Part shown: piece after piece, positions 1 through 10,856 of the stretch
Position numbering within the stretch: position 1 is the stretch's first letter
Layout: each line of letters begins with the position of its first letter
Source of the DNA: Perkinsela sp. CCAP 1560/9
Taxonomy: Eukaryota; Protista; Euglenozoa: Kinetoplastea
DNA length: 64,000 nucleotides
NCBI GenBank assembly: GCA_965644495.1
Contig: CBFFSA010000019.1
Span: forward strand, 175,555-239,554
Direction: 5' to 3'
Position numbers and translations under genes: made by a program
The notes under the pieces: generated by a model
Told to the model about the DNA's origin: nothing
Seen by the model: only the letters and a program-made list of their open reading frames with translations
The model's database searches: none

Positions 1-92
1 TTTAGTTATTGTTCCTAGAGCCACGTATTGTGCCTAGAGCCAGTTATTGTGCAGGGGGGGGGGGGGGGCACAATAACCCGGAACACGGTTTA
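1..92. mobile_element. Right end of a MITE-like element with subterminal repeats, cut by the window edge
   Basis: TTATTGT(T/G)CCTAGAGCC repeats, then a G-run and CACAATAACCCGG. The same layout recurs at ~19625-19700 (TTATTGTACCTGTAGCT x2 ... GGGGTACATTAACCCGG). Confidence 0.45.
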
Positions 93-373
93 CATGACAT
101 TTGTGAACGTTTGTAACTGCCTATTGTTCTGGAAATGTGTTGAAATGTGTTTTAGAAGTGTTGAAGCTATAAATTTTATTCAAAAATTAATAAAAAAAGT
201 AAGTGAAAAAAAATTACCAGTTTTTGAACTTTAGGGTTCATTTTTTCCGGAATACTTTCCTTTTTTGTCCCTTCGTTACAAACCGTGGTTCTTTTCAACC
301 TTCAAAAGGCACTACATCTTACCCGCTTTTTTTCTTTTCCCTTCCTTTTCCCTCTTTCCTGTATATTCCCCCT

Positions 374-1018
374 ATGTCTCCCCTCTTTATCATGGCCTCG
401 GACCCCTCCCCCCCACCGGGACATGGCTCCACACCCTCCAAGCTCGCCTCCACCACACTCCCCCCGGAGTTTCACCTCTCCCGTTTCCTCCACCCCCTCA
501 CCAACCCGCACAGCTCATGGGAGACCTCCCACGCGGCCTGTGAATGGGAGGGGGTGAAGTGTAACGACCAGAAGCAACTCGTCGCGTTGCTCTGGCAGGG
601 GAGGGGGTTGAAAGGGGGGGTGGCCTGGGAGCACCTGCGGGTACTCCCGGCTACCCTAGTGGAGATCCACCTCGGGGAGGGTCACTTGTTTGACCGGAAT
701 GAGCTGCACGGGACGGTGGACTGGGGCGCGCTTCCGCGGGCCCTGGAGAAGCTGTCGTTGTCGTACAACCAGTTTGAGGGGGGTGTGGTGTTTTCGGAGC
801 TCCCGCGGACGCTGCGGGAGTTGGATGTGGAGGCGAATCGGTTTTCGGGGGAAGTGGATTTTGAGGCGATCCCGGAGGATATGTTTGCGTGTGTGTTGTC
901 GCATAATTGGAAGCTGCGGGGGACGTTGGATTATTCGAAGTTACGAAAACGGGTTATTTTTATGGTATCGAGTACGGAGATTGAGGTAAAGGAAAGGATG
1001 ATGCAGTTTAGGTTTTAA
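374..1018 (+). CDS. Leucine-rich repeat protein (family paralogue 1)
   Basis: Cap NPHSSW...ACEWEGVKC, then LRRs such as LEKLSLSYNQFEGGV and LRELDVEANRFSGEV. First ATG after a pyrimidine tract is at 374; the track start at 203 is a GTG extension. Confidence 0.85.
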   Translation: MSPLFIMASDPSPPPGHGSTPSKLASTTLPPEFHLSRFLHPLTNPHSSWETSHAACEWEGVKCNDQKQLVALLWQGRGLKGGVAWEHLRVLPATLVEIHLGEGHLFDRNELHGTVDWGALPRALEKLSLSYNQFEGGVVFSELPRTLRELDVEANRFSGEVDFEAIPEDMFACVLSHNWKLRGTLDYSKLRKRVIFMVSSTEIEVKERMMQFRF

Positions 1019-1464
1019 TGGGAATGCGGTGTGAAGAGTTTCAAAAAAAATTGAAGAAGAGTTTCTTTGCTGTTTCCTACGCTGTGTTATGGGAAGATGA
1101 TTTACATAAAAAGCTGCTAAAATAGTGGTCGCGTATCTCCTTTTAATAGAAAGAGTAATTTTGGTATCTCATTTGGTTACGCTAATTTTGGTTGGAGCAA
1201 TTTTGTTGGAGCTCATTGGAGCAATGAGCAATTGGAGCGAATGTTCATCGTAAAAAAGATTTGTCACATGCTTTTTTCTTACCCACTTTTCTCCTTTCTA
1301 TTTTTCGCTGAAAAATATCCTAAACTTATTATTGTATTGCTTTTTTCTATTATTTACATGTATAGACGCTTATAAAAGAGTCCGGTGAAGAGCATTCCTT
1401 TCAATACGCTGTATGCACTTTTTACTTTCTGCTTTCATTACTTTTCTTCATTTTTCTTGTTTTC

Positions 1465-1746
1465 ATGACAACTGCAAAAGTATTAAAATTGTATCGCTCG
1501 TCTTTGAAAGCGGCACGCGATTTCGTAGATTACAATTTTCGTGAATATGCGCTGCGTTCCGTGCGAAACCGATACCGTAGTAACCGTTCTGTCACGAATC
1601 CGCAACAGATTGAAGACCTGATCCGTGAAGGAGAGAAAAACTTGCAAATTCTTCGCCGACAAGTTCTTATAGGAAAGCTATACGCGTCTAACTCTGTATT
1701 TCTGTCTCGCAACTCTGAAAAATCGGATTCTGAAAAAGTGACTTAG
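1465..1746 (+). CDS. ISD11: LYR-motif protein, ISD11/LYRM4 (mitochondrial Nfs1 accessory subunit)
   Basis: LKLYRSSLKAARDF-DYNFREYALR...LQILRRQVLIGKLY matches the ISD11 signature (LYR motif, YNFREY, LRRQ); 93 aa. Confidence 0.85.
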   Translation: MTTAKVLKLYRSSLKAARDFVDYNFREYALRSVRNRYRSNRSVTNPQQIEDLIREGEKNLQILRRQVLIGKLYASNSVFLSRNSEKSDSEKVT

Positions 1747-1950
1747 CCCTCATATTTGCTCCCTTTAGACAACTGTATATGGACGGAGTAGTTAGTATCT
1801 TTTGTGTACGTTCATTCTGGATGTGAAAATACATTGAATGTGTTTTTGAATTTTATGTCGTTGTAAAAACGGAAGTATTCTTTCAACTCTATCTAAAGCA
1901 TACACACAAGTACCAGATCTTTCTTCATACATTTATACACCCATATTTTC

Positions 1951-2562
1951 ATGAAATCAGAAAAGAAATGTTCTCCATCCAATTCTTTACCAAAAAAGCG
2001 ATCCGTCTCTTTCGCTACTACCATACCTCAGCGCAATGAGTACGTAACCCTTAACCCCTCCAACGTATTTGGCACTTCTCTGTTTGATTACAACATTGCT
2101 CGCAAGAAGGAAGAGGACGAAATTGTGAAACGAAGAATTTTACGTGGATCCCACAGTTTTCACACATCCTTACCCCTCGAAACTCTAAAATCGGATCCAA
2201 TCCAAAACGACGGGAGCAATAAAATAATAAAAAAAAGCAGCAAGCGTAAAAAGGGTGGGAATCCCTTTATCGATGTAAAAGATTCGAAGGCTACGAAAAC
2301 CAATGCTAAGAGAACTAAAATCCAAGACATATCGAATTGTGAAGACAAATTGATATTCCCTGCCATGCTAGAAGAAGACTCCACTCACATTCCGATCACT
2401 TCTCAGCAAGTGTTTCACCCTTTTCAGATTCCTACCGCTTTAGACACAAACTGGCTTACGGTTCTGGAGCTAAAGCGGGAACTCTCGACAAGAGCGCTTC
2501 CTGTTTTCGGGAACAAAGCTTCTCTAAGGAAAAGATTAGAAAAAGCACTTAAGGAGTCGTGA
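1951..2562 (+). CDS. Protein with C-terminal SAP DNA-binding domain
   Basis: C-terminal LTVLELKRELSTRALPVFGNKASLRKRL fits the SAP consensus; basic NLS-like stretch KKSSKRKK. Confidence 0.7.
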   Translation: MKSEKKCSPSNSLPKKRSVSFATTIPQRNEYVTLNPSNVFGTSLFDYNIARKKEEDEIVKRRILRGSHSFHTSLPLETLKSDPIQNDGSNKIIKKSSKRKKGGNPFIDVKDSKATKTNAKRTKIQDISNCEDKLIFPAMLEEDSTHIPITSQQVFHPFQIPTALDTNWLTVLELKRELSTRALPVFGNKASLRKRLEKALKES

Positions 2563-2660
2563 ATGGCAAAAAGGGGTCATTAGTCCACTCGGTCGGTCTT
2601 CAATTTGATATTTCGCTCAAATTGATAAAAATATCTTTATGAAAACGCATCTTTAAAATA

Positions 2661-3142
2661 CCGTGGAAACATTAATTAAGAGACACATTAAATAAGGGAA
2701 CACTAATTAAGGGAATAATTATTTTTTGTCGATTTTTGTCATTTTCAGACAATTAATAATTAATAATTATTTTTTCCACCCATGGCCCAGGCACCCCCAA
2801 ACCCTGCTGAGCGCGCATAGCAATATTTCAGAGTTTAGGTTAAAAAAACAAAATATGCAACCGAAACGTTCTAATACGTGAAGTATCCACTTATTAACAC
2901 ACTTTCTCGAATTTTCACTTGTTATCACACAATTCGCTTATTATCACACCGAGGTGTGATCAAAAAGGTGTGATAATGGGTGGTCCCCCCTCTACTTATC
3001 TCGTGATCTTTGGCTATTTTCAACTTGATTCCCGCAAAACAATTAAGGGAACATAAAATAAGGGAACACTAATTAAGGGAATAATTCTTTTTGAAAACCA
3101 TTTTCCCTTAATTAGTGTAATTCTTAATTAATGTTTCCACGG
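2661..3142. mobile_element. MITE (Tc1/mariner-pogo type, TA target duplication)
   Basis: TIR CCGTGGAAACATTAATTAAGA / TCTTAATTAATGTTTCCACGG, flanked by TA at 2659-60 and 3143-44; internal TAATTAAGGGAA repeats. Confidence 0.8.
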
Positions 3143-3325
3143 TATGTATTTTTAAAATAATCTTTCATCTTATTTTCTCTCACTCTCTTGATTTAATAAA
3201 AACCAGTGATTAGTTTTGTACAAACACATACACCAAAATCTCATTATCTCTTTTTTCTTTATTTCAAAGGTCCTTTTCTTTAATCCTTCTCCTCACACAA
3301 CAAACACAACCGCACCGTCCGTTTC

Positions 3326-4429
3326 ATGGCACATTTTTCAAACCTCCCTATTCCCGAAAAATCGTTTCCTGCGCAAGAGGCAAAACCTTTGCCTCCTTGT
3401 TTCACCTTTTCTTTTTGTTCTTCAACAACAACAACAGCAACGACTAAAAAACAATCTTTTAAAACGCAACCTACAAAACATATTCAGTGGTCACACAAAC
3501 TGATTGGGAGCTCGACTGAAAAATTGCTGCCATCGCCGATTCACAAATCGCGCCTCTGGTGGGCACAAAAACAAAAAATTTGCTCTCGTCCTCAATCTGC
3601 AATTATTCCTTTAGCGGGTACAAAAGGCATCGTTCTTCGCTGTCCTGTTGGGGGAAGTGTCACGCTTTCCTTTGCCGCGCTCTCCCGTGATTTTTGTGAC
3701 GAATGGATAAACGAAAGTCAACCGAATGTGAGGGGAGCGAAATCTCGGCGAACGCAAGTCGTAGAACTCGAACGAAGTCCCGTTTTAGCAAAAACACAAA
3801 AAGCCAAAGGCTTCCCGGTTTCGCCAATTTTTTCACCGGAAAAGACAAGTCCCCAACAGGATACACACAGAAAAACAAAATATAGGACTGGACGCAAAGT
3901 GCGACTTATGATTTCACCTCTTTCTTCATTTCCGTCCAACGCACCACTTGAAGCGTACAACACAGCATCCTTTTCAAAACACGGCCATCGAGAAGAAACA
4001 CAATCGAATTTTTCGTCTTCTTCGGACAGCTTTTCACCGGATGGGCGGGATTCTTTTTTTCGCCCACCTTCTTCTTTTTTTTCTTTTTCTTCTTCTTCAT
4101 GTTCTTCAGTACCTCGTTCTTTTACTCTCGCTACCTTAACGGCACAACGCCCAAGCCAAGGTTTGTCTTTTTGCCTACCCCCAGGGTCGTATTCGGTGTA
4201 TGGCATAAAATACAACGAGAGCAATCCGAGTCCAAACTCTGATTCTTCTTCTCAAGCTTTCGGTTCTCTAGAACGTTTCAAAAATAAAGAAAACTCGAAA
4301 ATGGATTTTCGGGATTTCATAAAAACTAAAAGGAGAAGAAAACAACAAAAGGAAGAAAGCAGAGATTTCTCTTTTTCTGGTGTTTATCTTCAATGGAAAC
4401 AGAAAGGTATTCGGGTGTATAATGCGTGA
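3326..4429 (+). CDS. Hypothetical Ser-rich protein
   Basis: 367-aa ORF on the same strand as the cluster, with an upstream pyrimidine tract; no recognisable domain. Confidence 0.55.
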   Translation: MAHFSNLPIPEKSFPAQEAKPLPPCFTFSFCSSTTTTATTKKQSFKTQPTKHIQWSHKLIGSSTEKLLPSPIHKSRLWWAQKQKICSRPQSAIIPLAGTKGIVLRCPVGGSVTLSFAALSRDFCDEWINESQPNVRGAKSRRTQVVELERSPVLAKTQKAKGFPVSPIFSPEKTSPQQDTHRKTKYRTGRKVRLMISPLSSFPSNAPLEAYNTASFSKHGHREETQSNFSSSSDSFSPDGRDSFFRPPSSFFSFSSSSCSSVPRSFTLATLTAQRPSQGLSFCLPPGSYSVYGIKYNESNPSPNSDSSSQAFGSLERFKNKENSKMDFRDFIKTKRRRKQQKEESRDFSFSGVYLQWKQKGIRVYNA

Positions 4430-4871
4430 GCGTTGAGTGTTTACTCTTTATAAACGCTTTATATTGGGATACACACAAGTAAACTAATGAATGATATGAA
4501 CTTACTTTTCGCATGCATCTATCTACGGAGTCAGAGTATACAGCATATTATATTTGTGAGTGGCATTTGATTGCACGTTACTCCGATGACAGTCCTGTAG
4601 ATATGCAACGTCCTGTAGCATGACAATAGTATGGCTCATTGGCTGGTAGATTTGGTGTTAGATTCTTCTATAGAGGATGTGCGGTGATCCTTTTATGCAT
4701 TTATGTATGTGCTTATGTGCTTCTTATTTATTCCCTATAGTAAATTTCTTGCGCTTTATTTTGTTGCCATTGCTCGCGCTTAAACTTATGGTTCGAATCA
4801 CTATAATCACTGTCTGAATTACTTCACAATTTTTTACGAGCACTGTAAGTAGTTCTTAGACGTGGTTATGC

Positions 4872-5750
4872 ATGTATGTTATTCTAAAACTATCTACGAT
4901 GTTTGCACCTCAAATGCAGTTAGCAGATACGCAGCAGTCGCAGAATACACGACAGAGACATGATGGAACTTCTTTGTTGTCTGTAGCACGGGGAAACCTA
5001 TCAGAAGCCACAACACCCGTTGTTTGTCTCGGTAAGGTTCGAGGATCGAGTTTACCACAGGAATATGAACTTGCACGATTGATTGCAGATGTTAGAAATT
5101 CACATTCCTCCTGGAATGTTTCAATAGCTGCGTGCAAATGGCAAGGTGTGACGTGTGATGAAGAATTACGCGTCACACAAATTTACTGGACAAAGAGACT
5201 TTGGAATGAATATTTGACTTACGTAGAAGTAAATTTAAAGCCTCTTGCAGGACCCCTTCACTGGCATTATTTGCCCCGTACACTGCTTCGTTTTTCTGTT
5301 GCGTCTAATAAGCTCATAGGAACAGTTCCGCTTGATTCGTTGCCTCCGGACCTTTTGTTCTTTTACGCATCCGACAATACGTTTACTGGTGAATTAAACT
5401 TGACAAGCTTGCCGTTAACGTTGAAGGGACTGAGTCTTAAAGCTAACATGTTTGAAGGATGTGTGGACTTTACTCAGCTACCACCGAATCTAACATTCTT
5501 GACCGTTTCTGGCAACGAACTTTCCGGAATCGTTGACTTATCTTCTTTGCCGGACACGATGTTCGAACTTGATTTGTCCAACAATCAATTCGAGGGTCCA
5601 ATAGTATTAGGAGAAATCCCTTCAAGATTAGAGATGCTAAAACTTGAGAATAATGCAAAACTTTGCGGTGAGATTGATGTGGGCTCTTTTGATGAGAAAG
5701 ACATAGTCATAGAATACAGCCAGACCAATATCAGATCTAAAATGATTTGA
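4872..5750 (+). CDS. Leucine-rich repeat protein (paralogue 2)
   Basis: GKVRGSSLPQEYELARL...SSW...ACKWQGVTC cap followed by ~6 LRRs (LxxLxLxxNxFxGxVDLxxLP). Confidence 0.9.
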   Translation: MYVILKLSTMFAPQMQLADTQQSQNTRQRHDGTSLLSVARGNLSEATTPVVCLGKVRGSSLPQEYELARLIADVRNSHSSWNVSIAACKWQGVTCDEELRVTQIYWTKRLWNEYLTYVEVNLKPLAGPLHWHYLPRTLLRFSVASNKLIGTVPLDSLPPDLLFFYASDNTFTGELNLTSLPLTLKGLSLKANMFEGCVDFTQLPPNLTFLTVSGNELSGIVDLSSLPDTMFELDLSNNQFEGPIVLGEIPSRLEMLKLENNAKLCGEIDVGSFDEKDIVIEYSQTNIRSKMI

Positions 5751-5898
5751 CTTACTTGGCGAACCGTATAAATCGCACGGAATGCCGACATATGGTAAAT
5801 TTCCCCTAAATTGGTGAAAGAGAGATGTTCAATTCAATTAAAGTCGTCATAAGCTTCACAAAATCAATTCACACGGCGCTCGGGAATGAGAAAACAGA

Positions 5899-6074
5899 CA
5901 GGGTAAAGTGGACGATGGAGATACCAGTAGTGTAGGTGCGGCTGTTTCGCACAGGATAAACGGCATCTCCACCTTTTTAGGTGCCTGTCTTCATGCTATA
6001 AGGGAGATACCGTTTTTCCTGTGGGAAACTTCCGCACCTACACTATTGGTATCTCCCTCGTCCACTTTACCCTG
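5899..6074. repeat. 176-bp foldback or MITE-like element with ~43-bp terminal inverted repeats
   Basis: CAGGGTAAAGTGGACGATGGAGATACCAGTAGTGTAGGTGCGG has a near-perfect reverse complement at 6032-6074 (2 mismatches); no clear TSD. Confidence 0.7.
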
Positions 6075-6652
6075 GGTTACAAAGTAAAAACACATTCCCT
6101 AGGACTCCTTACATCTTCCCACGCGAGGAAGTCGTCGTCGCACGGCGAAAAGACAGAGGGCTCCGCTTTCTTCTTTTTGCCTTGCGCCTCCTCCTTCCTC
6201 CAAGGTCTTGCGTACCACAAACTTCCAGTTGAAAAAAGCAATTGGGGTTTGCAAATCACTTCCGAAGAAGGTGGTCTCAAGCCGTCCAAAAAGGTACGTT
6301 TCTCTTTCTTAAAACTATCAGTTTATGGTGTTGTCCTTGATTCTTTGCGAAAAAACTATTTCCGGAAACTTTTTCGTCGGGCCAAATTTCGGGCCAAACT
6401 TATTAATATACGATAGCGAGGGAGTAGTATCTCCCTCAATAAGCAATTTATGGTTCATGCAATATTTCTTGACTCTCCCCGTCATCGGCTCTGCGTCGCT
6501 TTCCCAATCGCACGCCCTTCTTATTGATTTCGTATATCACCGGTATCGCTTTATTCATTTATCTTTCCCTAAGCACTGTACTTGTTCGCTTCCTCCTCTT
6601 CTCTTTCTGTAGTTTTTCTTTATGAATATTTGTACCTTTTCTCCTTTGCCTC

Positions 6653-8242
6653 ATGATTCTACAATCTACATCCTGTGCTGACACGTCTGCCTCACGACGT
6701 GGTAAAATAGCAAACGTTGCATTCCCCCCTGAGCTGCAAGTACTGCGGTTCCTCTCAGGTGTGACCAATCCACACAGTTCTTGGGTCCCGTCTGTCCCCC
6801 TCGAACTGTGGGGGGGCGTTGTGGTTGACGGCGACAGAAAACTTTACAGACTCGAATTTATAGACTCGCTCGACCTAGAAGGCACATTGAATTGGCAACA
6901 TTTTCCAGACATGGTTGAAAGTTGTAACTACTCGCTTACCATGTAAGCGAGTCCCCCCATACAGCTCTCTCTCTCATTTCGACCTACCTGGCATGCGACG
7001 CCCTCCAACGTGGCTAGCCGACAATGACGGTATGCTACGTCCGGACGGGTGGGTAAAGCTAAGGGACGGGAAAGAGTTCATTATTGAATTAACTTGCCCA
7101 TGGGAGGAGAATATGCAGGTCGCGCACGAACGGAAAATGCTGAAATACCACCACCTGTGGCATACGCGAAAAGAAAATCATCCCGAAACATACCTATTCG
7201 CCCTAGAGATTGGGGCTCGCGGAAGTCTCCAAGACTCGGCGAGTAAATTAGACATGCTCTTCTGCGAGGAAATAAAGCTTGCGAAGGAGTGTCGCCAACA
7301 TTTGGTGACGAGAGCATTTAGGGGGAGTTTCACTATATACCAAAATCGGGACCGCGCAAACTGGAACCCCATGGATGTTTGTATTTCGGATGAGTAAACG
7401 GGAATAGCCAAACACGTCGTATGCGTGTACGGGATCATATATTGTGCGATCCCAGGCTATTTGACTTAATCTCTACAGTATAACTGTATGAATCCTTCTT
7501 CTTTCCACACAAGTCTGACTGGTGCCGTGCAGTGGGGTTCTCTCCCTTCCTGCTTAGTCACACTTGAATTAGCAAACAACAACTTTTCTGGGCCTCTGCC
7601 TTCGGGGTCTAATCCCCTTCCAGAGCGTTTGCATACCTTTGATCTTTATTCAAATCGCTTTTCAGGTCCAGTTGATCTGGAAGCTCTGCCGCAAGAGATC
7701 AAGTTATTCTCTTTTTCCATGAATCGTATAACTGGGGAGCTTGACTTGACCCGACTGCCTCCTGTTCTTGAAACTCTTTATGCTTACGAAAACAATTTGG
7801 AAGGTGTCGCCGATCTTACATATCTTCCGAAAACAATCGAGGGTTTAGTTTTACGCGGCAATTCTTTTTCTGGAACCATCGATTTAACATGCTTGCCGGC
7901 AGGTATGTAAGAATTAGATCGCTCTCCGGGGAAGTTTCATAATTTTTCAGCACCGCGAGAACAAACAGTGGATGGAGGTTAGTTCTGGGGAGTGAGTCGC
8001 TGACTGTCAGGTGATTTCAACGCGTTTTGTGCGCGTAATAAGGAACTCCCATATTCACCGTCTAATCTCTGTAGAATATTTTCTACATGATAACGTATAT
8101 ATTCAGCCATAATGAATTTTCCGGCGTTGTTCGCTGGGCAGACCTTCCCCCCGCTCTTTACTATATTTATTTAGATGGAAACAAGATTACTGCTGCCGAT
8201 CCTAACCCTCGTCCAGATGCCATAAGAATTTCTCTATGGTAG
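6653..8242 (+). pseudogene. Disrupted LRR paralogue 3
   Basis: Cap at 6653-6929 (RRGKIA..PPELQVLRF..NPHSSW). LRRs resume at 7486 and are in frame once 6930-7485 is removed. Premature TAA at 7908-10. A last LRR (FSHNEFSGVVRWADLPPALYYIYLDGNKI) runs from 8102 to the stop at ~8242. Confidence 0.8.
6930..7480 (+). mobile_element. 5'-truncated non-LTR retrotransposon with restriction-like endonuclease (RLE) C-terminus
   Basis: RPDGW...IIELTCPWEENMQVAHERKMLKY matches the PD..ELT.PWE..A.ERK..KY RLE motif of R2-group elements (e.g. HERO clade). TSD TAACT at 6925-29 and 7481-85; 3'-UTR hairpin GGGATC..GATCCC. Confidence 0.8.
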
Positions 8243-8471
8243 CGGTTGTTTTAGTGGGGCGAAGTTCCCGTACAGCATCCATACCCTAAATCATTGGCAT
8301 GTACCGTTCCTTTTTTGTGCAACATTTAAGTTTTCACGAGATATGAAATCACGTCTTTAAACTCGTATCATTCTGTTGTAACGGGCAGATGTAAATCTAA
8401 CTTGCATCATCACATAAACTCAATCGAATTCGTTTTTCTTTCGTGCCTTCGTTCTTTCTTTCACCAAACAC

Positions 8472-10856
8472 ATGTCATATACGAATTGGCAGCGCTCCCT
8501 GCGCGAACCTATCTTCCTCCAAAACACAACAAAGAAAAACGTTTACCCCTCCAGCGACACGACGCTTCCCCCCATCGCACCCTATCCTCTATCCTTCAAA
8601 AACAAAAGTCGTGCTCCCTCTTCCTCAAAACAAAATCTTTGTCTACATGTCACAACCCGTGACATTCCTTCACACGCTACGAATCGCTCATCCGTTTCTT
8701 CCTCTCCTTCCCCACGGTCGTGTGTAAAACGTAAATCGTTCTCTCCACAACACAACCCCTCTCGAAATCGAAATTTTAGAAAGTTCGAGAGCATTCAAAA
8801 GTTGGCATCCCCCGAGACGTGCGACCATGAGATCTTGGCCCCTTCTTCTTCTTCTTCCTCCTCTTCTTTTCGGTCGAATACAAAGTTAAATGTGCGAACC
8901 TCTAAAGTCTCTTTAAAGACTTTAGAGACTTCACTTTCTTTTGTCTCTTTTTTACGTTATGGTCTAAAAGAGTATTCAAAAGGGCTGAAAATGGGAAAAA
9001 CGTTTTTGAGGAATAAAGAGACGTCTGGAGTGCACGCTTCTTGGAGCGGTTCCCATTCTTCGCAGCCTTCTTCTTCTTCTTCTTCTTGTGAAAGGGGAAA
9101 AGGGATTTCAATGCATGAAAAGGATCATGTTTTGGTTTTTTCCTATCAAGAGGTCCAAGAGGATTGTAGGATTAATAACCCTAAGGGGAGTGAAACAATT
9201 TCGTATACTCAAGAAGGGGAGAGCAAGAAGGAAAAGAGGGATTTTCAAGAATGGAAGAGCAAGAATGAAAGTGTGGATTTTCTAGAACGCAAGTTCGAAA
9301 ATGAAAATAGACATTTTCAAGAAAAAGAACATTTTAACATTCAAAACGCGGAATCTCATGCTGCAGACAATAACCCTCTACCCCCAAAGCTCTCCAAAAC
9401 CATCGCTTTATGTTCTCCACAATCCCACAACGCTACGGTTGTAAAAGACGAGGCTAATAGGCCAATTACCTGCTCTCCCTGCACGCCTTTTCATTCTGTA
9501 AAGAAGGCATCGAATGTCGTAAAAAATTCAAAACACAACTCTTCTCTCCTTTCCTTCACCTCTCACGCCCCTGATCTTTTTCAAAAAATCCATCGCCTTT
9601 TTGGTTGGGACTTGGAGGAAATTTGCACTCAACTTTTTCACCCGATTTGGGAAAACACAAAAACACCGGGAAAATCAAAAGCTCGGATTTATTACGCTGG
9701 GGCGCACTGGGTAGTAAAAACGGTGACTGAAAACGAGCAGAGCTTTCTGTGTCGCTTGTTACCACATTATGTACGTTATGTCGAGGCTCATCCGAATACA
9801 AGGCTTCCGATATTCGTTGGGCATTTTTCGGTGAGTTATGATGCAAGTCTTACGAAACATGAAAACGCAAAGTCATTTTTTGGAAGCTTATTCGATAAGA
9901 AACTGTGTTGTAATTCATCTTGTAGAACAACACGAACCGCGCATGTTGTGGTCATGCGAACGGTTTTTGAATCCAGTCTTCCGCTCTCCTGTGTGTATGA
10001 TTTAAAAGGAAGTACAACCGGTCGAAGCTATGGGGTACGGAAAGACAAAGATGTGGGGATAAAAAAAGAGAGCCACAAAAACTCTCTTTTTGTAACGGAG
10101 AATACGAGAATCGGATTATCTCCGTCTCATGCCTCTCTTTCTCTTTCTTCCGCTACAGATCTGAACGAAAAAGAATTTTTTCGTAAACCTCGAGATGCAT
10201 CAACTCTTGCAGCCCTTCCTTCTTTTTCTGCGCAATCTTTTAAAAAACCTTTCTTTCTAGACGCCCAACTTGCTTCTTCTTCTTTGCCCTCTCCTCCCAT
10301 GTTTTACGATTCCGATCTTCTACCCACCATGAAAGTTCATTTAGCTCTCGAAGACAGTGAGCTTGTGATCTCGCAAATCCAAAAGGACTGCAATTTTCTG
10401 CAATCGTTTTCGGTCATGGATTACAGTCTTCTGTTGGGCGTCAGTCGAATTTTCGATACTCATTCACATTCTTCTTCACAGAAAACAGAGACTGGACCTA
10501 AAGAGTTATCGAAAGGAGAAAATTCTGTTTTGGATAGCACAAAGCGCAGGGCTTCAACCTCCTTTCGAAATTTACGCAATGGCATGAGGGAAAGCGATGT
10601 GAATTCTGCTTTGTCTCATGCCATGATCAATGGAATTTGCTCCCCTCCACTTCGCTCCAGTGAGGGACATCTCTATTATGAGATCTACTTTTTTCGAATG
10701 ATTGATGTTTTACAACAATATACCCTTCGAAAAAAGTTGGAGCATTTCTTTAGAGGAATGTGCTATGGGTTTCATTCCATCAGTGCAGTTCCGCCGGCCG
10801 CGTACGCGAAACGTTTTCAGAAATTAATGAAGCGTACTTTTGCGTGCCAAACGTGA
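8472..10856 (+). CDS. Phosphatidylinositol phosphate kinase (PIP5K family)
   Basis: PIPK core motifs GKS, VVKTV, YDLKGST, DCNFL..SVMDYSLLLGV, IDVLQQY..KKLEHF, ISAVPP..YAKRF; long low-complexity N-terminus. Confidence 0.9.
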   Translation: MSYTNWQRSLREPIFLQNTTKKNVYPSSDTTLPPIAPYPLSFKNKSRAPSSSKQNLCLHVTTRDIPSHATNRSSVSSSPSPRSCVKRKSFSPQHNPSRNRNFRKFESIQKLASPETCDHEILAPSSSSSSSSFRSNTKLNVRTSKVSLKTLETSLSFVSFLRYGLKEYSKGLKMGKTFLRNKETSGVHASWSGSHSSQPSSSSSSCERGKGISMHEKDHVLVFSYQEVQEDCRINNPKGSETISYTQEGESKKEKRDFQEWKSKNESVDFLERKFENENRHFQEKEHFNIQNAESHAADNNPLPPKLSKTIALCSPQSHNATVVKDEANRPITCSPCTPFHSVKKASNVVKNSKHNSSLLSFTSHAPDLFQKIHRLFGWDLEEICTQLFHPIWENTKTPGKSKARIYYAGAHWVVKTVTENEQSFLCRLLPHYVRYVEAHPNTRLPIFVGHFSVSYDASLTKHENAKSFFGSLFDKKLCCNSSCRTTRTAHVVVMRTVFESSLPLSCVYDLKGSTTGRSYGVRKDKDVGIKKESHKNSLFVTENTRIGLSPSHASLSLSSATDLNEKEFFRKPRDASTLAALPSFSAQSFKKPFFLDAQLASSSLPSPPMFYDSDLLPTMKVHLALEDSELVISQIQKDCNFLQSFSVMDYSLLLGVSRIFDTHSHSSSQKTETGPKELSKGENSVLDSTKRRASTSFRNLRNGMRESDVNSALSHAMINGICSPPLRSSEGHLYYEIYFFRMIDVLQQYTLRKKLEHFFRGMCYGFHSISAVPPAAYAKRFQKLMKRTFACQT

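Noticed and set aside
6930-7485. Spliceosomal intron in the LRR gene
   Set aside because: No GT-AG ends; it has a TSD and a retrotransposon endonuclease motif, and the gene has a further premature stop.
10131-10152. CTCTTTCTTCC as a telomerase template for the GA repeat
   Set aside because: Lies inside the Ser/Leu-rich PIP5K coding sequence in a pyrimidine-rich genome; expected by chance.
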